Virus record (IMG/VR): IMGVR_UViG_3300042880_000420
Coordinates: 1-64,000 of that record
Origin: a virus
Length of the DNA stretch: 64,000 nucleotides
Strand: one strand, 5' to 3'
The notes under the pieces were generated by a model. It was not told the DNA's origin. It did not search any database and was given only the letters and a program-made list of their open reading frames with translations. The translations under genes were made by a program, and so were the position numbers. Positions 1-8,762 of this stretch are shown here, one piece after another (within the stretch, counting starts at the first letter, position 1; each line of letters starts with the position of its first letter).

Positions 1-2
1 TT

Positions 3-62
3 GAACCTATTAAAAAAATGGTAAAGGATTATGTTTCGGGTCGTCTGCAAGGTGACGCATAA
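3..62 (+). CDS. 3' end of a small protein truncated by the window edge (...EPIKKMVKDYVSGRLQGDA*)
   Basis: Open frame from the window edge to TAA at 60-62, translated by hand. Confidence 0.4.
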   Translation, partial: EPIKKMVKDYVSGRLQGDA

Positions 63-131
63 CTAATCGCTTTGCGCAACTATGATGAATAAATAATTGT
101 TTTTAAATAGTTTGCAATACGAGCAGTAAAA

Positions 132-156
132 TAAAAAAAGCACCCTTGCGGATGCC
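132..156 (-). terminator. Rho-independent terminator
   Basis: Minus strand GCATCC-GCAA-GGGTGC followed by T7. Confidence 0.75.
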
Positions 157-180
157 TCAAAACTAAATAACTGATGAACG
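132..180 (-). ncRNA. Putative ~50-nt small RNA
   Basis: Lies between a full consensus promoter (184-214) and a terminator (132-156) with no ORF. Confidence 0.5.
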
Positions 181-183
181 AGG

Positions 184-214
184 CAAAGATAACATTAATT
201 CTTATATTTACAAA
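184..214 (-). promoter_or_regulatory. Bacteroidetes primary-sigma promoter TTTG-N19-TATCTTTG
   Basis: + strand CAAAGATA at 184-191 and CAAA at 211-214, 19-nt spacer. Confidence 0.7.
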
Positions 215-243
215 CAAATAATTAACTTTAAAACTAACATAAC

Positions 244-858
244 ATGAACAGAACAATTGAATTTATAAACAAACAATTAAAAATGAAAAAATTATTATTT
301 ATTGTAGCTATGATGCTACATATGACAAGCAATTCACAAAGTTATAATGGAATTAAAGTTGGTCAAAGTCTTGAAATTACTAAAGCAGCTGTTTTAGCTA
401 AAGGATTTAAATTTATAAAAAAACATACAGAAAACAGTTACACTTATCAAAAAAAAATTAATGGTTTATTAGTAAAATTACATTTAGTAGTTACACCTAA
501 TTCTAATGTTGTTTGGAAGTTTCTAGTTTACGTAGATGAAAATACTAGTTGGTATGATTCTAAAAAAAGTTATATTAATATGATGGATATTCTCAGTAAA
601 AAATATGGAGCTCCATCAAATACATTAGTTGAATGGGAAAATCCATATTATGAAGGTGATGGTTATGAAATGCAAGCTATATACTTAAATAAGTGTAAAA
701 TGTTGACGTTCTTTAATGATGAAGAAGGAAACTTTATTACATTAGATATTGGTTCTTTTACTGTTGATAAAACAATTATTATGATTCATTATGAAAATAA
801 AAATGCGCATAAAATTAAAGAAAAAGAAACAGAGCGCGTAAACCAACAAATATATTAG
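244..858 (+). CDS. Exported/periplasmic hypothetical protein with signal peptide; second in-frame ATG at 283 (MKKLLFIVAMM)
   Basis: 204-aa ORF with a Bacteroidetes-type MKKLL signal peptide. Confidence 0.75.
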   Translation: MNRTIEFINKQLKMKKLLFIVAMMLHMTSNSQSYNGIKVGQSLEITKAAVLAKGFKFIKKHTENSYTYQKKINGLLVKLHLVVTPNSNVVWKFLVYVDENTSWYDSKKSYINMMDILSKKYGAPSNTLVEWENPYYEGDGYEMQAIYLNKCKMLTFFNDEEGNFITLDIGSFTVDKTIIMIHYENKNAHKIKEKETERVNQQIY

Positions 859-860
859 TA

Positions 861-1112
861 ATGTCTAAAATTAATTTAGAATTTATAGATCCTTCTAAAG
901 GTTGGTTATTTGGATTTCTACGACCATTACCTAAAAATGTAAATGTAAACAAATGGTTATTAAAATGTGGTTATCCAGAAAAACTTATAAAAAAATATGG
1001 TGATCATTTTTATTGTTCATATTATTCAATAGAATCATCTGAAGAAGAAATTCTAGAAAAATTTAATATGTCAAAGGAAGATGTAATAATTAAAGATGAT
1101 TCAAATAAGTAA
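861..1112 (+). CDS. Hypothetical phage protein
   Basis: 83-aa ORF, tightly packed in the operon. Confidence 0.7.
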   Translation: MSKINLEFIDPSKGWLFGFLRPLPKNVNVNKWLLKCGYPEKLIKKYGDHFYCSYYSIESSEEEILEKFNMSKEDVIIKDDSNK

Positions 1113-2232
1113 TATGAATGTTAAAAAAACAAGAAATGATATACAATCAGAAGCTTTAAAAGTAGCCATCTCTAATAATAGATGTACCTTAACTATTGGT
1201 ATGGGTGTTGGTAAAACATATATTGGTTTAAAATATATTGAGTATATGCAATACCTAAACAAGAAAAAGTTAAAAGTTTTAATAGCAGCTCCTAAGAAAA
1301 GCATTATTCAAAGTTGGAAAGATGAAGCCGATAAATTTAACATGAATGATGTATTAAGTAATACAACATTTACTACTTATTTATCATTAGTTAAACAAGA
1401 TACAGATTATGATATTCTTATTCTTGATGAATGTCACAATCTTCTTTCTTCTCATCTTCCCTATCTTAGTTTAATAAATTCTAAAATATTAGGACTAACG
1501 GGTACTCCACCAAGACATTCTGGTAGTGAAAAAGGTGAAATAATCAGAATATTTTGTCCTGTAATGTATGAATATATTACAAAAGATGCTGTAAATGATA
1601 ATATTCTAAATGATTATAGAATTATTGTTCATTATATGAGTTTAAACCAAAACAAAGATTTACAAGTAAATTATAAAAATGGTAGTTTTATGACTTCAGA
1701 AATGGCAAACTATATGTATTGGACTAATAGAATAGAAGAAGCTGCAAATAAAAAGTCAAAACAAATTGCATCAGTAATGAGAATGAAAGCAATGATGGAA
1801 TATAACACTAAAGAAGTTTATGCTTACAAGTTATTTAAAGCAGAAGAGGATAAATGTATTATATTTTGTAACACTCAAGCTCAAGCAGATAGGATGTGTA
1901 AAAACTCTTATCATAGCAATAATCCAAATAGTGAAGAAAATCTAATTAATTTTAAGAATAATAAAATAAATAAGTTAAGTTGTGTATTACAACTTAGTGA
2001 AGGTGTTAATATTCCTAAATTAAAAACCGGTGTAATTCTTCATGCATATGGTAATGAAAGAAAAAGTTCTCAAAGAATTGCTAGAATGTTGCGACTTAAC
2101 CCAGATGATGTATCTACAATTTACATACTATGTTATAGAAATACAGTAGATGAATTTTGGGTAAAAAGTGCATTACAAGATTTTGATGAAACAAAAATAA
2201 TACATTTAAAAGATGAAACATTTAGATTTTAA
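1096..2232 (+). CDS. Superfamily 2 (DExH) helicase
   Basis: Walker A GMGVGKT, Walker B DECH, motif III GLTGTP, LSEGVNIP, QRIARMLR. Confidence 0.9.
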   Translation: MIQISNMNVKKTRNDIQSEALKVAISNNRCTLTIGMGVGKTYIGLKYIEYMQYLNKKKLKVLIAAPKKSIIQSWKDEADKFNMNDVLSNTTFTTYLSLVKQDTDYDILILDECHNLLSSHLPYLSLINSKILGLTGTPPRHSGSEKGEIIRIFCPVMYEYITKDAVNDNILNDYRIIVHYMSLNQNKDLQVNYKNGSFMTSEMANYMYWTNRIEEAANKKSKQIASVMRMKAMMEYNTKEVYAYKLFKAEEDKCIIFCNTQAQADRMCKNSYHSNNPNSEENLINFKNNKINKLSCVLQLSEGVNIPKLKTGVILHAYGNERKSSQRIARMLRLNPDDVSTIYILCYRNTVDEFWVKSALQDFDETKIIHLKDETFRF

Positions 2233-2482
2233 AATTACAACTTGGAAAAGACTTTATTTTAAAGATGATCAAGATTTAGAAAAAACAATTTCTGATTTAT
2301 ATAAAGGATTTACACCTTATGAGATTGAATCTGAAGAATGTGAAGATTTATGTGATACAGAAGAATTTATAGGTGTTAATGAAAATGATGGATCTAGTAC
2401 AATAGAAATATATGATAATAATAAGTTAATTTGGGATAATAGTTATACTTCAGAAGTAAATAGAAAATTAAAAAATGATTAA
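2213..2482 (+). CDS. Hypothetical acidic protein
   Basis: 89-aa ORF overlapping both neighbours. Confidence 0.75.
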   Translation: MKHLDFKITTWKRLYFKDDQDLEKTISDLYKGFTPYEIESEECEDLCDTEEFIGVNENDGSSTIEIYDNNKLIWDNSYTSEVNRKLKND

Positions 2483-2759
2483 GTTACAAGTAGAGGAATG
2501 GGATGATGAATTTATCCCAATTATGGAAGGAGAATCATATAAAGATTTTCATCCAAAAATTGTCAATTATAATGAGAAAATCATTTTAGAAAAAGCACTA
2601 TTAGAAAATAGAGTTTGGACTTTAGTAGAAGATGATGATAATGATTTAGTTTTACTAAACGGATTACATTTAGTAAATAGAATAGACGTCTATATAACAC
2701 AAAAACCATACAACAAAAATGAAATTTATGAGGTATATTGGGATTCAGTAGATATCTAA
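2475..2759 (+). CDS. Hypothetical phage protein
   Basis: 94-aa ORF, operon packing. Confidence 0.75.
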   Translation: MIKLQVEEWDDEFIPIMEGESYKDFHPKIVNYNEKIILEKALLENRVWTLVEDDDNDLVLLNGLHLVNRIDVYITQKPYNKNEIYEVYWDSVDI

Positions 2760-2838
2760 ACCTAGTGGAAATTTCCAATGCAAACAGAAGAATTTTTTTA
2801 TTCATTTTTTATTTATTAAAAACTAAAATTAAAACTAT

Positions 2839-3225
2839 ATGCAAGTAATTAAAATTGATTCGTTAAATAAAACAATATCATATGTTGATATTGATAATAC
2901 ACTTGAGAGTATTTATAAACATCTAGACTGCGAACTTTTTACATGTCCTATTATATTAGATAATTTGGATACATTGTACATTGATGATGAAGGATTACTT
3001 ATTGATAATGATGATTATAAAGGTGCATTTTATTTTAATAATTTTGGTCAACCATTATTTGGTTATGGATTAATTATAGGAACAAGTAATAATGGTGAAA
3101 GTGTTAATGTATTATCTGATATAAAATCAATAGAAAGTAAAGTGTCTTTTATTCCAGAAGAAACTGGACGTTATTTTCTTGATAAGTTAAAAAATAATAT
3201 AAATTTTAAAATTTATACATATTAA
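2839..3225 (+). CDS. DUF3846-like protein
   Basis: LYIDDEGLL motif plus G..lI.G strand typical of the family. Confidence 0.7.
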   Translation: MQVIKIDSLNKTISYVDIDNTLESIYKHLDCELFTCPIILDNLDTLYIDDEGLLIDNDDYKGAFYFNNFGQPLFGYGLIIGTSNNGESVNVLSDIKSIESKVSFIPEETGRYFLDKLKNNINFKIYTY

Positions 3226-3229
3226 TAAA

Positions 3230-3610
3230 ATGTCAAAATCATTATTTTCAAAACTTATAAAAAAAAATGGAAAGCTTGTTTGTATTAATGAAGCGCAAAA
3301 AAAGATTTATCAAATGTATGTTGATAATATTCCAGAAGGAAGTATTGTTGAATATTATATTGACATACAATCTAATTCTGGCTCATTAGCACAATTAGCT
3401 AAAATCCACGCAATGATTAGGTCTTTAGCTAATCACACAGGATATACATTTGAAGAAATGAAAATGTACACAAAAGAAGAAGCTGGTATGTGTTATACCA
3501 GCTTCGACAAGTTGATTTGTAAGTCTTTTGGAGAATGTTCTAAAGAAGAGTTGGCTATGGTTATTACAACTCTAGAAGAAATAGGTAGAAAAGTTAATTT
3601 TCAGGTTTAA
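3230..3610 (+). CDS. NinB-like protein
   Basis: QLAKIHAMIRSLANHTGYTFEEMK and SFGECSKEELAMVI pattern resembles NinB/YbcN. Confidence 0.6.
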   Translation: MSKSLFSKLIKKNGKLVCINEAQKKIYQMYVDNIPEGSIVEYYIDIQSNSGSLAQLAKIHAMIRSLANHTGYTFEEMKMYTKEEAGMCYTSFDKLICKSFGECSKEELAMVITTLEEIGRKVNFQV

Positions 3611-3932
3611 ATATTTCTTCTTTCATAGCTTCTTCAGTATCTTTAAATTCTACAAGCTCCATATCATATGCTTTTTCGAAAACAGTTTTAATTAGAACTT
3701 GTAAAGAAGCAATAGCTGCCATCCAAGGTTCTAATTGTTTTTTTTCTTGAATTAATTCTTCAATCTTATTAAGATCATCTTGAGATTTACCCTCCAACAA
3801 AACAGGAATAATTGATGCTATTTGTTGAAGGTATCCTGTTCCAATTTCTATTGGAACAATTGCTTCTTTTTTTAGAAAGGGTGTTTTATTACCATCTTCT
3901 AACATTGAAATAAAGGTTGGTTTATTAGACAT
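3594..3932 (-). CDS. Hypothetical helical protein on the opposite strand, with its own promoter
   Basis: 112-aa ORF filling the gap between + genes; TAAATTTG element just upstream. Confidence 0.75.
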   Translation of the reverse strand: MSNKPTFISMLEDGNKTPFLKKEAIVPIEIGTGYLQQIASIIPVLLEGKSQDDLNKIEELIQEKKQLEPWMAAIASLQVLIKTVFEKAYDMELVEFKDTEEAMKEEIFKPEN

Positions 3933-3947
3933 TATATTATTTTTTTA

Positions 3948-3955
3948 CAAATTTA
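3948..3955 (-). promoter_or_regulatory. Bacteroidetes -7 element TAAATTTG
   Basis: + strand CAAATTTA, 15 nt upstream of the ATG at 3932. Confidence 0.55.
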
Positions 3956-3959
3956 TAAA

Positions 3960-4688
3960 ATGAATTCAGAAATTCCAAATTTAAATGAAATAAAATCTAA
4001 ATTTATAGAATATTTAGATGGTTCAGAGTGGCCCTTAAACTCTTTTATTCTTAGTGATGATTTTACACAAATTATTAATAAGTTATATAAATTAAAACAA
4101 GAAGGTAAAAGATTTACACCCCCACTTAAAAATGTATTTAAAGCATTTGAAACTTCTAAATACACAGATACAAAAGTAGTTATATTAGGTCAAGATCCGT
4201 ACAATCAATTTGGTGTAGCCAATGGTGTTGCATTTTGTTGTGAGAATATTTCTAAACCACAAATGAGTCTTAAATATATTCTTAAAAGTATATACGAAAC
4301 TGTTTATCCTGAATTAGAAATACCTAAAGTTTTAAATCCTAGTCTTGGACACTTACCTAAACAAGGTGTACTTCTTCTTAATACTGCTTTAACATGTGAA
4401 ATTGGTAAGTCAGCATCTCATTATGAAATATGGGAAAGTTTTATAAACTATGCAGTAGATACACTAAATCATAAGAAAGATAAACTGGTATTTATACTTT
4501 TAGGTAAAAGAGCACAAGAATATGAAGATATGATTGACGAGGAAAAACACTTTATTATAAAAGCATCTCATCCTGCATCAGCCGCTTATGGCAATAATGA
4601 GCAATGGGATTGCAATGATTGTTTTAATAAATGTAACGAGTATTTAATAACAAACAATTTAAAACCAATTAAATGGCTAACACAATGA
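3960..4688 (+). CDS. ung: Uracil-DNA glycosylase, family 1
   Basis: VVILGQDPY, QGVLLLNTALT, H...W, SHPAS motifs. Confidence 0.93.
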   Translation: MNSEIPNLNEIKSKFIEYLDGSEWPLNSFILSDDFTQIINKLYKLKQEGKRFTPPLKNVFKAFETSKYTDTKVVILGQDPYNQFGVANGVAFCCENISKPQMSLKYILKSIYETVYPELEIPKVLNPSLGHLPKQGVLLLNTALTCEIGKSASHYEIWESFINYAVDTLNHKKDKLVFILLGKRAQEYEDMIDEEKHFIIKASHPASAAYGNNEQWDCNDCFNKCNEYLITNNLKPIKWLTQ

Positions 4689-4984
4689 ACACAAAAAAAA
4701 TTGACATCAAGCTGTCAGAACTATTAAATGATTTGCAAAATGGACATACATGGTTACAACATGAAGATGTTGGATATGGGTCTATTCAAGAAAAATATGC
4801 TGCAAATGAATTGCAAATTAAAATGATTCAAAAACATCCTAAATTGTCAGATGTTAAACCAAACATCACTATCTTTAACATTATTGATGATTTAGAAAAT
4901 GAAACTATATATATTAAAGAGGTTAAAGAACCACAAGCAGAAATTATTAATTCTAGCGAATCAGATTTATTCCTTAACATTTAA
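4673..4984 (+). CDS. Hypothetical phage protein
   Basis: 103-aa ORF overlapping the ung stop. Confidence 0.75.
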   Translation: MANTMNTKKIDIKLSELLNDLQNGHTWLQHEDVGYGSIQEKYAANELQIKMIQKHPKLSDVKPNITIFNIIDDLENETIYIKEVKEPQAEIINSSESDLFLNI

Positions 4985-4994
4985 AATTAAAAAC

Positions 4995-5201
4995 ATGGAA
5001 TTAGTAGTATTTCAAAATTCAAACATTAATCAAGAAAATAAACAACCACAAATTAAAGTGGCAAAGAAACGTAAACCTGGAGCCGGTAGAAAAACCATCT
5101 ATACATCAAGGTCTGTATCTTTTAGTACATCTGTTCCTCAAGAAGCTATAAATGAACTAAAAGAAATAGTAGATACCCTAAAAGCTAAATACAAAAAATA
5201 A
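4995..5201 (+). CDS. Small putative DNA-binding protein (RKPGAGRK plus ribbon-helix-helix-like segment)
   Basis: ATG at 4995 preferred over 4899 to avoid overlap; RKPGAGRK...SFSTSVPQEAINELKEIV. Confidence 0.6.
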   Translation: MELVVFQNSNINQENKQPQIKVAKKRKPGAGRKTIYTSRSVSFSTSVPQEAINELKEIVDTLKAKYKK

Positions 5202-5225
5202 ATTACAATTTAAATTATTAACGCA

Positions 5226-6356
5226 ATGTCAACAAGTAAAATTAAAAAATTAACAAAAAATAAAGTTGCTGAATTAAGAAATATTGATACTTCTCTTATT
5301 AATAAAGAGGAAGTATTTAAAATGTTAGCGTTAGCTGAATGTACAGGAATGCCTATCTTATTAATTGGAAAACCAGGCACTGGTAAAACAAAAACTGTTA
5401 TTGAATATTCAAAAGCATGGCTTCAAAAAGATAGTGCTGCTGTAACTAATCAGGATTTTATTAATAAACTTTATATTCTAGAAACTGATGAAGGTACTAA
5501 AAGTTCAGAAGTAAAAGGTATGCCCGATCTTCAGAAATTGTTTACAGAAAACAAATATGAAATAATTGCTCCTATCACTACAGCAGATATTGCTGTTATT
5601 AATGAAGTGGATAAAGCAAGTTCTAATATTCGTAATTCGCTCTTAGGTGTTATGAATGAGAGATTTCTTTTTAATGGTAAACATAAAATTCCGTGTAAAT
5701 GGAAATTGTTTGTTGCTACGTGTAATGAAATACCTAAAGAAGAAATTGATAGTCCTTTTTGGGATAGATTTATTTTAAAGATGAATATATCAAGAATTAG
5801 TGCTGGTGAAATGTTTAAATATTATTCAGCAGGCGACAAGAAATATACTGCAAAAATACAAATTGGAATTCCATCACCACAAGAAATAGAAACGGTAAAT
5901 ATTCCAGTGAGTAAATTAGAGAAATTTCTTTCAGTTGCATATACCCATCTTTCAGATAGAACACTAACTTTTGTACCAAAATTAGTTAAAGCAGTCAGTT
6001 TTATTTGGAATATAAGTACAGATAAAGCTATGATTAAAGTGGCATCTATTCTTATTAATAATTCTGTTGCTTCTGATTTACAAAATATATTATATTCACC
6101 AGAATTAAAAAGTATTTTAAATAAGATTGAAACACTTCAAAGCTATAATAATGCTGAAACATTAAATCAAGCTATTGTAGAAATTGAAGGTCTTATCAGT
6201 GGGCACGCATTTAATGGTACAATTAACCAATTAGATGTTGAAGAAATAGAAACAGCAATGTCTTATGTACTTGACAATCATCCTATGAAAAATACAAGTA
6301 CTGATATTCAAGAATTATTACCAGAAATGGCAGAAGGAGTAGAACTACCCTTTTAA
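5226..6356 (+). CDS. MoxR/RavA-like AAA+ ATPase
   Basis: GKPGTGKT, INEVDKA, NSLLGVMNER, PFWDRF. Confidence 0.88.
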   Translation: MSTSKIKKLTKNKVAELRNIDTSLINKEEVFKMLALAECTGMPILLIGKPGTGKTKTVIEYSKAWLQKDSAAVTNQDFINKLYILETDEGTKSSEVKGMPDLQKLFTENKYEIIAPITTADIAVINEVDKASSNIRNSLLGVMNERFLFNGKHKIPCKWKLFVATCNEIPKEEIDSPFWDRFILKMNISRISAGEMFKYYSAGDKKYTAKIQIGIPSPQEIETVNIPVSKLEKFLSVAYTHLSDRTLTFVPKLVKAVSFIWNISTDKAMIKVASILINNSVASDLQNILYSPELKSILNKIETLQSYNNAETLNQAIVEIEGLISGHAFNGTINQLDVEEIETAMSYVLDNHPMKNTSTDIQELLPEMAEGVELPF

Positions 6357-6380
6357 TATTTTTTATTAATTAACAAATAG

Positions 6381-6412
6381 AAAGGAGAGGGATTTTACCC
6401 TCTCCTTTTTTA
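6381..6412 (+). terminator. Rho-independent terminator between the AAA+ and VWA genes
   Basis: AAAGGAGAGGG-ATTTTA-CCCTCTCCTTT plus T run. Confidence 0.75.
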
Positions 6413-6426
6413 ATTTAAATTTATTT

Positions 6427-7995
6427 ATGGCAAAGTTAAAAAGTATGTTCACTATATTTGAAAAAGTAAAAAGTGGAACTATAAATACCGTAACAACAAG
6501 AAAGTTCTCAGGTGTTAATTATTTTAAAAAAAATGAGTTAATCAAACCTTATCTTCATTCTATTGACGAAACTATTTTAGATAAAAATATTTCTATCACA
6601 TTTATGAATTCTCAAAATATATCTTCTAATATTGATGCAGAAATAAATCAATTTAACAGCGAAAGAAATGATAAGATAAATGTGCTTGAATTTAAAAATT
6701 CAATGAAAGAAATATATTTAAAGTTTCCAAAAGAAATTCAAAGAGATATTTTTAATCAATATTATACAGTAAATCATAAACTTAAATATGAAGATAGAGA
6801 AGTTTTTAATAAAAACAAATTTAAGTTTTTAGATAGAGCTAATGAATCTGTATTAAAAGTTATTACTAATGATAATCATGTTAAAAGCATGGTATTTTGT
6901 AAAAACATAATGCAATATTATATGTATATTTTAGCAAAACTTAAATACACAGATAAAAAAGCATTTGAAGAAACGATGAATAATCTTAATAATAAAAGTG
7001 AGCAAAAGAAAGATAATAATAATAGTAAACAAAATCAACAAGAAAGTCAAGAACAACAAAAAAACAACAAAGATGATAAACAAGATGAGCAAAATAATGA
7101 AAATCTATCTAATAATATAAATGGAGCAACTAACGAAAATTCTTTAGAAAAATTGATTGAAAGTGATGAACACTTATTAAATAATTTAATTAATGAAGCT
7201 AAAGAAACTGTAAATAACATCGATCAAGTAATGAGCAAAGAAGAAATAGAAGAAGAATGGAATAAAATGCTTTATAATATTACTGATTCTAATAAATTTA
7301 ATCCTAAAGAATTAGAACAAATTAAATCAAAACTTAAAGAAATAAGTTGTAATTCTACAAGTATTAAACCTTTTGTAAAAAAGATTTTAGATAAAAGTAT
7401 TTCTTATTTTAAAGGTAAAGAAAAATATGTTTATGATGAATTTATAAATAATCCAATTGCAAGTGAACTAATTGAATTTGAAATGTTACATCCTAAATTT
7501 AAAAATTTATTTATTGAAGATCTTCAAATCAGGGATGTAAAAAAGTTAGGTAAAATTAATATCTATATAGATATTTCAGGTTCTATGAGCAATATAATTT
7601 TAGATGAGGTTTCAAGAATTGATTTTTGCAAAGCTTTAGTTTTTAAATTAAAAGAAATGGATATATTAAAATCGGTGTATACTTTTAACAGCAAAGTTAA
7701 ACAATTAAAAAACAACGATGTAAACAATATATTGTTTATTGAACCTACTGGTGGAACATCTTTAAGCAATGTAATTAAACATGCAATAAAAGAAGATGAA
7801 AATTGTATTGTAATTACTGATGCAGAAGACTATATTAATGAATATTCAGAAAAAGTATATTTTGTAGGAATTGGAAACCCAAGATTTAGAGCAAATTCTA
7901 GTATCATGGAAAGTTATCTTAATAATAAACAATTAATTTCATTTGATGGTCAAGATATTTATAACATTGGAATAAATGGTACAGCTGTTAAATAA
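6427..7995 (+). CDS. VWA (MIDAS) domain protein, ViaA-like partner of the MoxR ATPase
   Basis: IYIDISGSM, TGGT, VITDAE; N/Q-rich linker; adjacent to MoxR gene. Confidence 0.85.
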   Translation: MAKLKSMFTIFEKVKSGTINTVTTRKFSGVNYFKKNELIKPYLHSIDETILDKNISITFMNSQNISSNIDAEINQFNSERNDKINVLEFKNSMKEIYLKFPKEIQRDIFNQYYTVNHKLKYEDREVFNKNKFKFLDRANESVLKVITNDNHVKSMVFCKNIMQYYMYILAKLKYTDKKAFEETMNNLNNKSEQKKDNNNSKQNQQESQEQQKNNKDDKQDEQNNENLSNNINGATNENSLEKLIESDEHLLNNLINEAKETVNNIDQVMSKEEIEEEWNKMLYNITDSNKFNPKELEQIKSKLKEISCNSTSIKPFVKKILDKSISYFKGKEKYVYDEFINNPIASELIEFEMLHPKFKNLFIEDLQIRDVKKLGKINIYIDISGSMSNIILDEVSRIDFCKALVFKLKEMDILKSVYTFNSKVKQLKNNDVNNILFIEPTGGTSLSNVIKHAIKEDENCIVITDAEDYINEYSEKVYFVGIGNPRFRANSSIMESYLNNKQLISFDGQDIYNIGINGTAVK

Positions 7996-7997
7996 AC

Positions 7998-8025
7998 AAA
8001 GGGGGACTTATTTTCCCCCTTTTTT
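7998..8025. terminator. Bidirectional terminator at convergent junction
   Basis: AAAGGGGGA-CTTATTT-TCCCCCTTT plus T run. Confidence 0.75.
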
Positions 8026-8289
8026 ACGCTTTAATATTTTTACAAATTTACTTAATACACTTGCAATTCTAGCTATAAACCTCGCTATCTTCCCTCCTTT
8101 GGTACTTGCCTTAGTTTCGGTGTATTCGTCTAAGGCTACTTGTAAAGCTTTGATGATAAACTCTTTTTTATTAGGTGCATCGTTTAGTATCGAATGCGAC
8201 CATGCGTTATTAAAATAGTTTTTATTTTGTGGAAGTTGGTTAAGGATATGCTTAATATCATCATCCGTTTTGAGTTGCATGTATGTCAT
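8008..8289 (-). CDS. Small protein with a cationic amphipathic C-terminal helix
   Basis: 93-aa ORF ending GKIARFIARIASVLSKFVKILKRKKGGK; has its own promoter. Confidence 0.7.
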   Translation of the reverse strand: MTYMQLKTDDDIKHILNQLPQNKNYFNNAWSHSILNDAPNKKEFIIKALQVALDEYTETKASTKGGKIARFIARIASVLSKFVKILKRKKGGK

Positions 8290-8310
8290 ATTATTTAGTT
8301 TTTAGTCCCA

Positions 8311-8341
8311 CAAATCTAATACGAATATTTTATATTGCAAA
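8311..8341 (-). promoter_or_regulatory. Bacteroidetes promoter TTTG-N19-TAGATTTG
   Basis: + strand CAAATCTA at 8311-8318 and CAAA at 8338-8341. Confidence 0.65.
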
Positions 8342-8408
8342 AAAAAACCTAACATTTAAGTTAGGTTGTGACTGATACACATAGTGCATCTAAACGTCAT
8401 TTTAATAT
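8339..8408 (-). ncRNA. Putative ~70-nt structured small RNA ending in a terminator
   Basis: TATCTTTG at 8420-8413, stem GATGCAC-TAT-GTGTATC, terminator AACCTAAC-TTAAAT-GTTAGGTT plus T run. Confidence 0.45.
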
Positions 8409-8410
8409 AA

Positions 8411-8433
8411 TGCAAAGATAGTATATCTTTGCA
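8411..8433. promoter_or_regulatory. Palindrome forming back-to-back divergent -7 elements
   Basis: TGCAAAGATA-GTA-TATCTTTGCA; each arm contains TATCTTTG. Confidence 0.6.
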
Positions 8434-8438
8434 CCCTT

Positions 8439-8561
8439 ATGATAAGTGAACAAGAATATTTAAAAGCACTTGCTGAGAAAATACGCATTGAGAAATACCT
8501 AGAACACTTGACCGCTATAACTCGTGCGTACAATTACCAATTAGAAAGTAAGAAACCATAA
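8439..8561 (+). CDS. 40-aa micro-protein MISEQEYLKALAEKIRIEKYLEHLTAITRAYNYQLESKKP
   Basis: Hand-translated; ATG 7 nt after TATCTTTG, so probably leaderless. Confidence 0.55.
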   Translation: MISEQEYLKALAEKIRIEKYLEHLTAITRAYNYQLESKKP

Positions 8562-8762
8562 CCGAATTATAGTTCGTATTTGTTGCCAAATATGGATAAA
8601 TATCCTAATAAATACCCTAAACCCTTATTATAGTTCGGATTTCAGTTGTACGAAATATCATGCAATAAGGGTTAAAATAAGGCTTAATGATTAGTATATC
8701 ATACATTTATACCTAAAGGGTACGAAATAGGAAAATACTATCTTTTTATACCCAATTGCATA

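Noticed and set aside
171-190. CTGATGA resembling a hammerhead ribozyme core
   Set aside because: No properly placed GAAA or stems; better explained by the minus-strand promoter/sRNA unit
7976-8218. 80-aa + strand hydrophobic ORF
   Set aside because: Runs through a terminator and is antisense to 8008-8289, which has its own consensus promoter
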